From Octopus vulgaris (taxonomy: Eukaryota), in NCBI GenBank assembly GCA_951406725.2, contig OX597825.1:25730001-25794000 (forward strand): a stretch of DNA of 64,000 bases, in the 5' to 3' direction. This document shows, piece after piece, positions 12,372 through 28,037 of this stretch. The notes under the pieces are model-generated. The model made no database searches. It was given only the letters and a program-made list of their open reading frames with translations, and was not told the origin of the DNA. A program made the position numbers and the translations under genes. Each line of letters opens with the position of its first letter. Within the stretch, counting starts at the first letter, position 1.

Positions 12372-12770
12372 GTTTACTTGTTTCAGTCATTAGACTGCGA
12401 CCATGCTGGGGGTACAGGCTTGAAGAATTTTAGTCGAACGAATCGGCCCCCTTTCTTATTTGTTTTTTTTAAAGCCCTCTACTTACTCTATCGGCCACTT
12501 TTGCCGAACCTTAACATTACAAGTACGTAAACACCCCAAAACCAGTTGTCATGTAATGGTGGGGTGCAAACACGGTGAGAAGGATACATACATCACATAT
12601 GCATATGTACGACGGGCTTCTTTCAGTTTCCGTCTACCAAATCCTCTCACAAGGCTTTGGTCGGCCCGGGGATATATTAGAAGAGACTTGTCCAATGTGC
12701 AACGTAGTGGGACTGAACCCGGAACCATGTGATTCTGAAGCAAACTTCTTACCATACAGCAACGTCTGCG
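12372..12770 (-). mobile_element. SINE family A
   Basis: Reverse complement of family A. Confidence 0.85.
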
Positions 12771-14497
12771 CCGATCTGGACATTCGACGACTGCACAATA
12801 GTAATATGTTACATTATCGATTAAAGAATGTCTGCTAAATTTTTCGATTACTGATTTTAAAAAAAAACAACAAAAAAATATTATTGGAATTCTCGAGTAG
12901 AAGTAAAGAGGGTGATTTTTATTTATTTTTTCAAACACTATTTTGCATCACAAAATAGTGTTTTTTAAAATTGCATTTGTGTCAAATTCTCGGCAACGAG
13001 GTCTGTATACTTCCATTTTTAAAAAATTTAATACTTTCTTTTGTCTACAGTTATGGCCCAGAGACTTAGATGCAGTTGTTCTTAGCGAATTATGAAATCG
13101 TCAGTGTCAAGAAATTGTGTTGATACTCTCACCATTTCAACCTTCCAAAGCAGAAGATTACTCACAATATATTTGTTGGGATTAATATGCGTACCGTCCC
13201 TGAAATAATTCACGATTGTCAGAAATTGATATAGACGTCATGTGTCAAGCTCGTTGTAGTATTTCGAATGAATTGCGAGGATATAAATAAATCCAAATCG
13301 TGAATGATTAAAGCAACGATCGTTGTTACCAATCACACTGGATTCCCGGTCACTGCACTAGATTCCACTTCTTTTCTTTTTACTAGGCTGAAAGAAATCA
13401 CGCAAATGTTTTCAATTGATGAACAGTCATGTGTTGACATTCAATTACTCCTCGTAAACAGACGTCGGAAACATTGAACGTTAATTCCTAAAAATAAATG
13501 AAGAAATAATCCCTCGCATGCGTGTCAGCTACAATACTTAATCATAGCGTACATGCAATGATATTGTTCCATCAAAAGTTATTTTCTGCCAATGAATTCT
13601 ACGAACCCCTTTAAACTTTCTTCGGACTTTAGCACTATTCTAAAATATTGAGCAGAAGCATCAGTTCTGTGACATTCACCAAATTATTTAAATCTAGAGT
13701 CTATACTCCTGAATGTAGATATCAATTGCGATTTTAATATGTTTTATGAATATTATTATTTGAAATCTTTTCTCGAATGCTCTAACACTAGTTTTGATAA
13801 CTGTAAAACTGTTTTAGGATTGTTTTCTGATGGAAAATGACATCTTGATCTTTCAATGCAGCGATATCTTTTATAACACATTTTTTCACAGTATTCTACA
13901 GAAATAAAGTAAAATACTGAATTTCGGATAAAATATGAGATAGAATACGAATAACAAAACGTAGATACAAAATTCTGAGATGGATTTCCATCTCTATTAT
14001 AGCAGATTCTCTTACAATTTGTAAATATTAATATTCGTTTCCTTTTAAAATGCAAGATCGAAATACCAATGCATTTCTGAAAACATTGAAAAGATCAATA
14101 AAAGAAAAAAGAATATAATTTATATTTACTGGCTTTGCAAATATTTGTATTATGATTTTATAAAATATTCATTTTTGCATAGGGAGTTAATCTATGGAAA
14201 TATTTGATGATTGCAAATGGAAATACAAAACTACCGTTTAATACTGTAGCACATATTCGGGATTATTCTTTCAGTAAACCGTGATATTTCTAAAATTAAT
14301 TATTTTAACGTTGGTTTTGTGAGAAGATAAAATACATACTTTGGTAAAAGTAGATAGCAGAGAGGACCCTCTCTCCCTCCTTCTTAATATACACACACGG
14401 ACATACATACATTAGTATGTATGTAGAGAGGGAGGAAGGGGGAAGAGAACGTCCTGTATGTACATACTAACCACACACACACACATATACACACACA

Positions 14498-14561
<64 letters not shown>

Positions 14562-14562
<1 letters not shown>

Positions 14563-14770
14563 TTACTCTTTTACTTGTTTCAGTCATTTGACTGCGGCCA
14601 TGCTGGAGCACCACCTTTAATCGAGCAACTCGACCCCGGGACTTATTCTTTTTGTAAGCCCAGTACTTATTCTATCGGTCTCTTTTGCCGAACCGCTAAG
14701 TAACGGGGACATAAACACACCAGCATCGGTTGTCAAGCAATGCTAGGGGGATAAACACAGACACACAAAG

Positions 14771-14801
<31 letters not shown>

Positions 14802-14958
14802 CATATATACGACGGGCTTCTTTCAGTTTCCGTCTACCAAATCCACTCACAAGGCATTGGTCGGCCCGGGGCTATAGCAGAAGACACTTGCCCAAGATGC
14901 CACGCAGTGGGACTGAACCCGGAACCATGTGGTTGTTTAGCAAGTCACTCCTGCGCCT
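14562..14958 (-). mobile_element. SINE family A, full length (a further partial copy follows at ~15003-15150)
   Basis: Close match to 25229-25632. Confidence 0.9.
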
Positions 14959-16293
14959 ATATATATATCTATATCTATATCTTTTATCTTTTACTCCTTT
15001 TACTCTGGGTCACCGTTTTGGAGAATATTTTAGTCGAATAAATCAACCCCAGTACTTATTTTAAAAAGCCTAGAACTTTTCCTATCAATCCATTTTGCTG
15101 AACCGCTAGGTTGTGGGGACGTTAACACAGACTCAAACACACATACACACAAATATATATTTCTCTTTTCAAAGAAAGTATTTCTTTCAGCGTTCACTAT
15201 CTTTCCCCTCGTTCTGGTCTAACGACCTTCCATGTTCGTTTTCGTTCGGTTTCCTCGTATGTCTCCACTGTCCTGTTTTTGTTCCGATCTTTGACCCTCC
15301 ATAAAATCCAATTGTTATTGCTTATTTGAAACATTTTCTCGAATGGCTTTAACTCTTTTTTTTGTAAAAAAATTCTCTTTCCACGTTTCTTACATCTTCC
15401 AGTGAACACCAGTCTCCGGAAAGGTGAACTCTTTAGTCGATTGAATATTTTTGTTACCTGAACGATGTCTTGTTGCGTTGCATGAAACAGTGCAGTCAGT
15501 GAGTGAATGAATAATAAGCTTCGAAGGAGTGAAGTATACTGCCTGTGTTGAAAACAAATAGAGAAATGACTTGAAGTCTTATAAATATTTCAGGCGATTT
15601 ACTCATCTTTAGAGGCAAACATTCAAACAACTATTTGAGACTGCAAGGTCACACTCTGACATACAATAATCCTGTTTGTTTTTCTTCTGTAGAAGGGTGT
15701 GCACTTCGAAACATATGGGACTTATAAAATATTAATTCTCTCTTTGCATTGTACGAATCTCTCGGGGAAATTTCTACTTTCCATTTCCTTCAATATAATA
15801 AATACGTCAAGAAATATATAACTCCCTACTTACAAGCATTGATTTATTATTTTCCCATTTTTAATGTATTCCAAAATACGCTGTCACATTTTTAAAGGTT
15901 TTAGTCACAAGACTGCCGTCCACCTGGACGGTCATCTTCAGATGTTTTCACTTTATCATACTGATCACAGTACTTAGTTCAATCAGGCACAAATTTCAAC
16001 AATTGGTTAACATACCGTTTACCTTTTACTTATTTAAGACACAGGTGCGATTCCATGACAGGGCATCGACTTAAAGAAGTTTATTGAAACAAATCAATCC
16101 CAGAATTTATTTTAAGTCTAGTACATACTTAATCGGGCGTTTTGCCGAAATGCTAAGTTGGGAGATGTAAAAAATCAAGTGGTGTACAAGGAACAAACTC
16201 AAACACAAAAATGCACACACATATACATATATCATAGGATCCCACATATCATCCGGCTTCAAAATTCATATATCTATACAGGAGTACATATAT

Positions 16294-17233
<940 letters not shown>

Positions 17234-19168
17234 GAAAATAATTTTATGTGAATGTATGTATGTATATATACATATACATGTATATGCATATATATGTGTA
17301 TTTTTTGCTATACTTGTATTTATATAAACACCCAATGTTAATCTTTGTATCCAACAATGCTTTCTACGTTTTCCCCCTCCTATATCTACCTACATAATTT
17401 ATATTGTTGTGAATGTCATATCTTAGAAATCAGAATTCGACGACGTTATCACCGATATTCGGAAACTGTCATTAGTAATAGAAAAGTAATCTCAACACAA
17501 CTTTATTTACGATGTCTTACTGCTCTTTTCTTTACTGCTTCAACATATTATTTTTTTCATCTTGATAATGTGTATTGGTTGGCTGCAAACAACAACATTG
17601 AGATATGAATAAAGTGGACAACTCTATTGTTACTTCTATATCTCCACATTTTATGTACCTGTCACAATATATATTTAGACGTTAGCTTGTATCTACATCT
17701 CTAAGAGCAATTGTCACGGCTGCCATATTTTTTAATTACGAGCAAGTCTCCAAAAATACATCTCACTTAAAACCAAATGCACATACTCGGCACATTTATT
17801 TCTCGAATGTAGATATTAGTGAAACAAATAAATGTAGTTCTAATACGGAATCGAAGACAAACATACTTTGCACGACTTGTTGGCAGCCCTTCGCAAATTC
17901 TAAGTTTTTCCCACTGTAAAAAGTAGTTCTACCGGAATTGATTCGTTACTTTATAGTACGATGTTGATTGCTCTATATCAACACTATTACAAAAGGGACT
18001 GCGATTTGAAAATATTGTATTTATTGTAAATAAACTTTTTTCTATTTAACCCTTTCATGCGAAACTCGGATACATTTATCGAAAATTTGCTTACCAGTTA
18101 ACTGCAGAAAGAAGATTCATATACCAATTTATCTTTTGTCGAGTAATGTCATATTTGAAACTATTTTCTATGGGGTTATGTCAAGTTTAGGGTGGCAACG
18201 TACTTTGCGGAAAATACCAGTTCTATCTTTGGTAGATATTTAATGTCAACACTGGAATTAACGGGAAATTTTATTTCGCAGTGAAAGAATCACTCCATGT
18301 AAGCTCCATTCGAAGTGTTGCCGCTATAAAATATTCCACCTTATTTTGAGAGATATATTCATGAAAACATTATACAATATACCCTTCGCTTTTTAAACAC
18401 AATAATGTGTTAATTGAGTGTGAGCTTTCTGTTGTCTTGTAGTATGTTATAAGGCTATACTGAGCAGTGTTTTCCAACGTTTGCACAATTGGAAAACTTG
18501 TGAAACACATTCTATGTCTCAGGGCGCCCTTACATGAATTTTACTATCTTTTTATATTAATAATTATATTTCTCTTTCGTAGATTAATATTTCATAAGAG
18601 ATTAAAGAAATTATAAATCGGTTTTTGAAATATTTGCCCCTGGCGTCTAATCCATTAGACGCCACTAAAATATTTATGAAATTTCCTCTCAATAAAGAAA
18701 TTGTTTAGATCAAATTCATCTACAATTTCCTACTAAGAAGGTATATTTCTCTCATGGCCTTCTTGCTATATAAGCGAATCCAGCGAGAAACTTTCTCCAT
18801 GACAAAACACAGTGAATGGCCTATTTACGAGACCATGCGTGCCACATGCATATTGGAACTTGTAATAGCATTTCATTTATACAATTCACTGCCGAGTGCT
18901 CCCTCCTCTTTTATATAATACTTGAATTTATGATGGCTAAGGGATATATCAGTTGTAAGATCCTCGGTTATATTTCGCAACAATTTTGGGTTTTACACAG
19001 TGGTCTTGTCTTCCTTATTTCTTCTTTGTTGAGTTCTGTATGCCACGCTTTTCTTAGAAGACCTTAATGACATGTATATTTTCCTGTCAGAAGGGATTTG
19101 AAATACCCCATTCAACACATCCCAATATCTGTAGAAATTATAGTGCGAGTGATTTTGCTACATCTCTC

Positions 19169-19171
<3 letters not shown>

Positions 19172-19236
<65 letters not shown>

Positions 19237-19454
19237 AGAGAGAGACAGAGACACAGAGGAAGAGTGACAGAGAGGTGGGGAGAGAGAGAGACAGAGAGAC
19301 GAGGGAGGAAGAGAAGCCGATTCTGAGAGAGAGAAATAGTGGCAAACCGGGAGAGAGAGAGAGAGAGTAATGTTGAGAGAGAGGTGGGGAGAGAGATAGA
19401 GAGACGGGGAGAGGGAGGAAAAGACGATTCTGAGAGAGAGAGAAATAGGGGCAA

Positions 19455-19490
<36 letters not shown>

Positions 19491-19620
19491 AGACAAGCCA
19501 ATTCTGAGAGAGAGAAACAGAAGCAAAGAAAGATAGAGTGTGAGGGGAAAGAGGGAGCGAGAGAGAGAGACAGAGAGAGAGACAGAGAGAGAAAGAGAGA
19601 GAACGAGATAGAGATGAGAG
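19172..19620. repeat. (GA)n purine tract with a thrice-repeated interruption motif
   Basis: (GA)n with ATTCTGAGAGAGAG...AAA.AG..GCAAA recurring at ~19315, ~19422 and ~19495. Confidence 0.9.
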
Positions 19621-20234
19621 TTAAAAATTGATCCCTATAATTTACAGTTGCTTTATTTATTGGTTCTGGTGAAATGGAAGGTTAAGAGAACATCGGCGGT
19701 ATTTGAACTCAAAGTGCAGAGAACTGAATCAAATACCACAAAGCGTTCTATCCGAAGCCTGAAACTAATCTGTCAGTTCAGTGGTTTCCAACATATAGAT
19801 GAACCTTAATAATAAACGGCAGCCTTTAGTTCCTAGGCTGGTCACTGTGACACGATGATAGAGATGTTGGATCAATGGGAAGAGTTATGCATTCAACGAT
19901 GCATGTTATTGACCTACGTGAGGGAGGAAATTACTTTTGTTTTGCTTTCTTCGTGTTTTCCTTTCTTCCATTGCGTTTCTGTGAAATAATAAAACGCAAC
20001 GCAACATGATAGCATTTCAGTTTTGAATTCTTTACACGATGGAATAAATATGGGTTTTGTTGTGTTTCATACAACACTGGCATTTCTTTGGTAACCATTG
20101 AAAAACAAAAAAAAAAAAAATGAATGCCAGAGAAATCCACTCTAATTTCCGATATGTGCGCGGCTGCAATTAGCATTTTATGAAATCATTCAAATTCGGA
20201 TTTCTGTCAATATTGAAGATACCTCATATGCTTA

Positions 20235-20355
20235 TTATAATAGTAATAGCAGCAGCAGTAGTAGTAGTAGTAGTAGTAGTCGCAAGAGCAACATTGCTAT
20301 GAATTGTAATAACACCAACATCACCAACATCCCCAACGCCGCCACCACCACCACC

Positions 20356-20387
<32 letters not shown>

Positions 20388-20495
20388 CAACAACAATACT
20401 GCTAATAATAATAATAGTAATAATAATCATAGCAATAATAATAATAACAATAATAATAGCAGAAGCAACAATAACAATTATTATTATCATCATCA
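20235..20495. repeat. Compound trinucleotide microsatellite (AGT/ACC/AAC/AAT)
   Basis: Directly visible. Confidence 0.9.
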
Positions 20496-20499
20496 AACC

Positions 20500-21397
20500 C
20501 AAGATTTCTATAGGGGGCGAGTTGTGGGGATGAGTGATGATGGCCTAGGATTGGATCTAGGCATCAACGAGAACAGTCTGAGCAGTCTCTTCCAGAGGAC
20601 CTTCAGGTCGAAGATCATGGACAATTTCCAAAAGTCTTTGGCATGGCAGTGCTAGAGAGGGACATTGCCCATTTCAGGCAATCTCTTCAGGTATGTAAGT
20701 ACTAACAGCCGAACCTGTGCGAGATGCTTGCAGGGGGAAGGAACTATCCTACATGCAATAATTCAGTGTCCGTGCATTAGAGAGTCTCGGGATTGTGTGG
20801 AGCAGCTGTTGTCGCGTGTAAGACGAAGTCAGCTGTCTGCTGAGTGTATAGTGAAGATGGACGCACCATCTTCCTAAATCAGAGAAGGAAGGCAGGTCTT
20901 TCTATGTTTAATGGCTGTGCAAAAGGGGATGTGTGGTGGACCCGTCTGAAAAGTTTGAAGACAGGCACATTCTTATCTGGTCAAGCCCTCATCAACTTCT
21001 TCAAATATCATTTGAAGAGGAAGGTGAGGGTAGAGAGGGAGATTATAAAAAAGTGGTCGACAGTGGCAACACTGGTGAAACTGAATGTATCGATTCTGAA
21101 TATGCTTTTCTAAGCAGGAGGAAAGAAACGAAGGCACTTTTCCAGGCTTTGGGGATGGCAGAGTATTCCGGGAAATGTGTGCAGGGTTTATACCGAATTA
21201 CTCTAAATGGACTACCCCGTTATTGAGGATTTTAGTTATTTATTTATTTCTCTACTTTCTGTTATATGCTTCTGTTATACCCTTTAATGTGGTAGAATCT
21301 CCCCTTGCTTGATGCTAATCTCACGTTTTTTGTGTGTTGTATTCGTCCTTCGACATTGTCCTCCATGTCTTGGGCCCTTGTGGCCAATAAAAGAAAC
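20500..21397 (+). mobile_element. L1/Tx1-clade LINE, 5'-truncated 3' end (zf-RVT region plus 3'UTR)
   Basis: SLFQRTF...MDNFQKSLAWQC*RGTLPI...CARCLQGEGTILHAIIQCP (CX2CX8HX4C knuckle), then AKGDVWWTRLK; ends CCCTTGTGGCCAATAAAAGAAA followed by (ATT)n; stop codons present. Confidence 0.8.
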
Positions 21398-21439
21398 CAT
21401 TATTATTATTATTATTGTTGTTGTAGTTATTGTCCTTGC

Positions 21440-21487
<48 letters not shown>

Positions 21488-23223
21488 GATCCAGGCTCGT
21501 CAATCCATGCAATGAATCAAACAAAGCCGTCTCAAAATACAGACAATAAAGTGATATAAAAGCGAGGTATTAGTAAATCACATATCATATTAAAACGATT
21601 GTCTTTCTTCAGCTACAGGAAGTAAGCGCCGATCTAAAATAAAAAAAAACAACAACTCAGAAAGAAAGAAAGAAAGAAATCAACAGAGCCTCATGAATCA
21701 AAGGCCTGTTCTCCACAACCCTGATCATCATCTTACAAAAATAAACGCTTGCCTCTGAAGTAAGTACGTGCAATTTCTTTGTCGAATTAAGCACGACAGG
21801 GCAGCATTTGTTTTCCTCTAGACTTACTTGTAATCTTTTTGTAATTCGTCCATCGATTTCTTGCTTGCTATACGAATTGTGACAACCCCAACGGTAAGTT
21901 TGGACTAGGTGGAGTACTGTATAAAGATGGTAAAATATATATCATTTCTACTCGTGCTTCGACTTTTGTCGCAGTTATTGCCCGACCGTTTTTGAGCGTC
22001 TTCTCTTTCGCTTTAGGTGGAAAATATGCGAACTATTTTTATGCAGTCCTCCTAGTCTCTTTGATTATGCCTCGTGATACATTGGATAATAATCCGGTAA
22101 AACAAATCTAGTTACAATAGGGTTAAGAGTAAATCATGTTTAGTCAAAAGTGTTCAATTTTCAAGATTGTTTTCATACATGTATTCAAGGCAAAACAAAA
22201 GACTGGGAGATTATATATATAAATGGTAAGCTCAATGTTTGAATCAATGATAGGCGGGGTAGCAGAGAAAGGAAAAGAGGGAAAAGTGAAACCAAAAAGT
22301 AAAAAACAGAAAGACAAGAAAAAGTGGGAATACAAATGGAGTTGTAAAAATGGCAGTTACTCGATAAAAAAAGATTCTAAGACAGGGAAGAGGAGTTTGA
22401 GTTGAAATTATTATAGAACACCCGCTCAGAAAAAAAACTAGTTATACAGGATAATAGTTCATTCCCTATAGCTGTTTCCAACGAGATTTTAAGGATGAAT
22501 AGAGATATTACACCGTGCCAAAAAATTAAATCGTTTTCATCAGGGGAATATACACGAATTATACATCTAAAAAATACCGATGAAAACGGTATAGTCATCA
22601 ATAAAAAATTCCGTCGGAAAAAGCTGTAGTGAATTAACTATTATCCATCTGATGTTATTTATTTATTATTCTCCTTACTCAGAACCTGTTATTAGCATGG
22701 CTCTGGAGTCTTTTAAGTGCAGTACAATTGGTGCATTGTGTTTTGCTAAATACACCCTGGAGACTCATAATATACTCAACCAGGTGCAGTTAATCGTATA
22801 TGGAACTGGAAAAATAATATGTCTGGACTTCGATATTCGTTTCTCTGATTTTGAATTGTACACGATTTCCTTTTTTTGACTCGAGTCGGTGCTTTACCAT
22901 TTAAGCACCTGATTCACATGAGTCTTGAACTTTCTACACACATACACATGATGGTGATACATACATATGTATATACATACATATATGCATACATACACAC
23001 ACAGTGACAATCTGGAAAAATTAGTGTTTTCAAATAACAATTATCCAGTTAATAATCTGTAATGGAATCTATAAGCGGAAGAGTAAAAACGTGCAAGACT
23101 TTTCTTAAATACAAAATTTGTATTTTTTTTTTGTTTGTTGTCTATATTTCAACGATGGAATCGTTGGTAGAAATCAATGCCTTCCTTACAGGAAGAATCC
23201 AATTCAATATAGAAAACAGTGTA

Positions 23224-23664
23224 AATACACACACACACACACGGGGACACGCATACGTGCACACGCACATGCGCATGAGTATACATACTGGTACATACAG
23301 ACACACATGTACACATACATACACACATATGAATACACACACACTCACACATATACATACATGTACGTACAGACACACAAGTACACACACATGCATACAC
23401 GCGGACACGCACAAACACACAAACACACACGTGTACTTCTATATTTCTTAACTGTTGTAAAAGTGCAAATGCAAAAAGTGCACGGAACATTGATTTCTTG
23501 CATTTTCATCTCTTGTGTAACGATTAAAGGATTCAAAAATATATACCTATATATGGTTATATGCATGCGTTATAGTTTATTCCCCCTCCATGGTGCATGC
23601 ATATGTGTATGCCTCTCTCTCACTCTCGATATATATATATATATATACATACATACATACATGC

Positions 23665-23701
<37 letters not shown>

Positions 23702-23778
23702 CACTGACACATCTATACATATATACATCTATGTATGTATATGTATGCACATATCTGTGTATATGTATATGTATATAT

Positions 23779-23833
<55 letters not shown>

Positions 23834-23854
23834 CATATATATATATATATACAG

Positions 23855-23903
<49 letters not shown>

Positions 23904-23965
23904 CATACATATATAAATATATGTATGTATGTATCCATGTAAATGTGCTTACACATACATGTATG
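23224..23965. repeat. Degenerate (CA)n/(TA)n/(TACA)n microsatellite region
   Basis: Directly visible; explains the 274-aa ORF. Confidence 0.9.
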
Positions 23966-24519
23966 GATTGTAGAAATGGAGGATGTAAAAATAAATGTTT
24001 GAAGGATTTTTCATGACAGACGGAAAGACGGTTGAAGGATTCATCATGAATTTAATACCAGAATGATTGTTCAGAGAAAAAAAAATAGGAAAAGCTTCGC
24101 AGACGGATATACAGGGATAATACTTCAATACATGTCAAGACTGAGGTTTTAAGTCCTACGTATATTAATAGACAAAACGAAATATTAAGTGATTTGATGT
24201 CGTGACAGACATCAAAAAATATTTTTTAAAAAAAGATGTCAGAAAACCTACTTTTGGAATTTGAATTATCTTTTGTAAAAGAACTTGCATTGTTAAATTT
24301 AATGCGATGCTTAATAAAGATCGTAAATAAGAAAATGCTATTTCATGAGTTACTGATGATATGTCCTCTCACAGCATTTACATTCTACATATATGTATGA
24401 CTGTCGTGCACTTTAAGCTAGTTTTCAGTTTAGTTACCTTCATAGTTGACATTTCGAAATCTATCAAATTCCTAGTAACCTTTCACATTTTCACAAGTAG
24501 CATCGGTAGCTTCTGTAGC

Positions 24520-25215
24520 AAAATCACTACCACCCCCAGTACCACCATCAAATCCTCCCCGCCAAGCGCCATCACTATTATAGGTGCTACAACAATAATC
24601 ATAATTACGGCATCCTCACCATCGCTATTACTACCAGCTTAATAACATCCCTGACAACCAATACTATAATCGCCGCCATCGTTACCACCGATACAACATA
24701 CTAATATATATATATATTCGCCATCACCATCGGTGCTACGGCTTTTCTTCTGCACCACACCATACACGTTCACAATCACGAACCCAACTTCTACCGTTAT
24801 AACACTAACTTGAGTAACTTCATAAACCCGTCATTACAACCGCCCCTATTAGATTCAGTCACATCCACTACGGCGATAACCACAACGTCCTACTCCATCT
24901 CCACTGCTATCACTATCGTCGCCACCGGACGACCATCATCATCATGTCTTCTATAGCCACCACAAAGATTTTTACATCTAGTACATTTATGCTTGCCGTT
25001 ACCATTACTGCTGTTGCCAGCAGCGCCAGAAATTACCTCCGATAATTTCAGGCTAACAGACACCACCACTATTGCTGAGCATATTATCTTTGCCACGTCC
25101 GCTACCACAATCATCGTCACCGCCGAAACTCACCACAACCACCACTAACACCACCACCATCAATACCATTACCTTCAGCAACAACAATCACTGTACGGCT
25201 ATCTCCATCATCATC
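24520..25215. repeat. Decayed ACC/ATC-rich trinucleotide low-complexity tract
   Basis: Thr/Ile/Ser/Pro-rich translation broken by stop codons; strong C over G strand skew. Confidence 0.65.
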
Positions 25216-25228
25216 AGCTGTACATATA

Positions 25229-25632
25229 CTCTTTTACTCTTTTACTTGTTTCAGTCAGTTGACTACGGCCATGCTGGAGCATCGCCTTTAGTCGAGCAAC
25301 TCGACCCCGGGACTTATTCGTTGTAAGCCCAGTACTTATTCTATCAGTCTCTTTTGCCGAACCGCTAAGCGACGGGGACATAAACACACCAGCATCGGTT
25401 GTCAAGCAATGCTAGGAGGACAAAACACAGACACACAAACATACACGCACACATATATATACATATATACGACGGGCTTCTTTCAGTTTCCGTCTACCAA
25501 ATCCACTCACAAGGCTTTGGTCGGCCCCAGGCTATAGTAGAAGACACTTGCCCAAGATGCCACGCAGTGGGACTGAACCCGAACCATGTGGTTGGTATGC
25601 AAGCTACTTACCACACAGCCACTCCTGCGCCT
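25229..25632 (-). mobile_element. SINE family A, full length
   Basis: Complete head to tail on the minus strand. Confidence 0.9.
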
Positions 25633-25788
25633 ATATTGTCAACTATTTTCTCATGCTTAAAACTAAAGATCAAAATGATTGTTAATATTAACTAAACGCC
25701 AGGGTACGCTTCATTCTTCAAACTGCAGTTGAAATGGAAAAGTACATTACATCTGCTTTTGATGTCGAGATACACAATCAACTGCTAA

Positions 25789-25821
<33 letters not shown>

Positions 25822-26208
25822 AACACACATATATTAACTAGAAGTGGCTGAAGCAGCGTAGATTATAGTATATGTGTACAATTTTATTTATGTACACTCG
25901 AGCATGGAAAGACCTTCGCTGCAAAAATTGTTTCCGGGGGGAAAATTTTCTTACACATGCACACACACACACACACGCACACACGCTAACACATACTCAC
26001 ACCCATGGACACAATTTACATTTTAAGCGGCGCTTAAGATTTCCTGCTGATAGGGACGAGTATTGTTTTCAACTAGCATTGAAAATAAAGATGCCTGTTG
26101 TATAAACAGTACTAAAAAGATTTGTTTATTATTTAAATCTCTTCCTGATTTTGAGAATTCATTCTTCCACTCGCTTACTAAGATATTCACTCTTTCTCCG
26201 TCTCTATG

Positions 26209-26255
<47 letters not shown>

Positions 26256-26290
26256 CTGTCTTCGTCTTTTGTTTTTCTATAAATTTCCAC

Positions 26291-26320
<30 letters not shown>

Positions 26321-26325
<5 letters not shown>

Positions 26326-26542
26326 CAACAAGCAGGTGTATTAATTTAACGCTCGGGAAAATTAGAAAGCCTTTTACGCTTCGGGCCTACGCTCTTCAAC
26401 AGAAAAGAATAAGAGATAATAAGCAGAGAGAGATATTCAAAAGACCTGTGGTTTTAGCGGTCAATCATAGCGACTGGTTGGAAAAAGAAATGTTTGACTG
26501 GAGAAGTAGAAAGAAAGGGAGATAATAAATTATTGGTGATCC

Positions 26543-26545
<3 letters not shown>
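26321..26545 (-). mobile_element. Penelope-type pLTR-like fragment between (TA)n tracts, with degenerate mini-hammerhead
   Basis: Minus strand CTTTT-CTGTTGA-A-GAGC-GTAG-GCCC-GAAG-CGTA-AAAGG; related sequence at ~46340-46435 (+). Confidence 0.45.
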
Positions 26546-26637
<92 letters not shown>

Positions 26638-26887
26638 CGGGTGTGTGCATGTGTGCGTGCCTGTGTATGTGTGCTGAATACAGGAAATACGAGATAGCGT
26701 CTGAGATGAACACAGCCGACATGCCAAAGGAGAAATAAACTTAGATTTTACCAATACTATAATGGCATTTTCAGAAGTTCCATAATATTGAAACATACCT
26801 TATAAGTTAAAGATAGCCAGTATATGATTCTGTGCCATAAGTATACATACATACATACATGCATACATACATACATACATACATACA

Positions 26888-26920
<33 letters not shown>

Positions 26921-26922
26921 TT

Positions 26923-26984
<62 letters not shown>

Positions 26985-27584
26985 CCCCAGTAAATAAAAG
27001 ATTTAATCAAAAGATTATCCGTCGACCCGTTATGCTGTGTTATAGCATCGATTATTATCCTTAAAAGTAACTGTTATATAAATTAAAGAGGGGATTGCCT
27101 ATCGTTTCTCTGAATACGGTATTATATCATTGGTTCCAATGTAAGGTTTAGAATTTTTATTGGATTTCTCATTTTGCACTCAATGTTTGCAAAGCATACC
27201 AACCCTTTCAAGTCTTTGTAGCTAAAAGTCTTCTTTGGCTACGTCTTTGAATTTTAGAGTTGTAAATAACATTCTTATCAGTAAAACGAAATTTTCTTTC
27301 ATCAAATAATTTTTTTCGTGAAGTATTCCAGTGGGTAGTTTATCAGCTTATAGCAGACAACTTGTCTCTGAATATGAATGACGAACGACTGTTTTCTAAA
27401 ATCTGTTTACCAATAACTACAATGAAGACAAAAGGATGTATTTAACGATTTCCGATTCTTATTAGATGATTGCCACATACACGTGCAACATAAATATATT
27501 TAACAATATCCACATGTCACTTGTAGAATTCAGACGAATATTAGAGATGCTCAGCTTTGTGCAAATGATATACATTACACGTGG

Positions 27585-27935
<351 letters not shown>

Positions 27936-28037
27936 TAGATATATGCATCACGAATACTTTGTTGAAATAGGTATTCATGCACCTTATACATTACATATAA
28001 CTGAAGGAACGATGCACATCCTGTACTGGTATATACA

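Noticed and set aside
15895-15950. Minus-strand CTGAAGA followed by hairpin CCGTCC/GGACGG
   Set aside because: No GAAA after the stem; fits a decayed SINE A tail better
18641-18664. Perfect 10-bp hairpin TGGCGTCTAA/TTAGACGCCA
   Set aside because: Could be a transposon end, but no partner terminus or TSD was found
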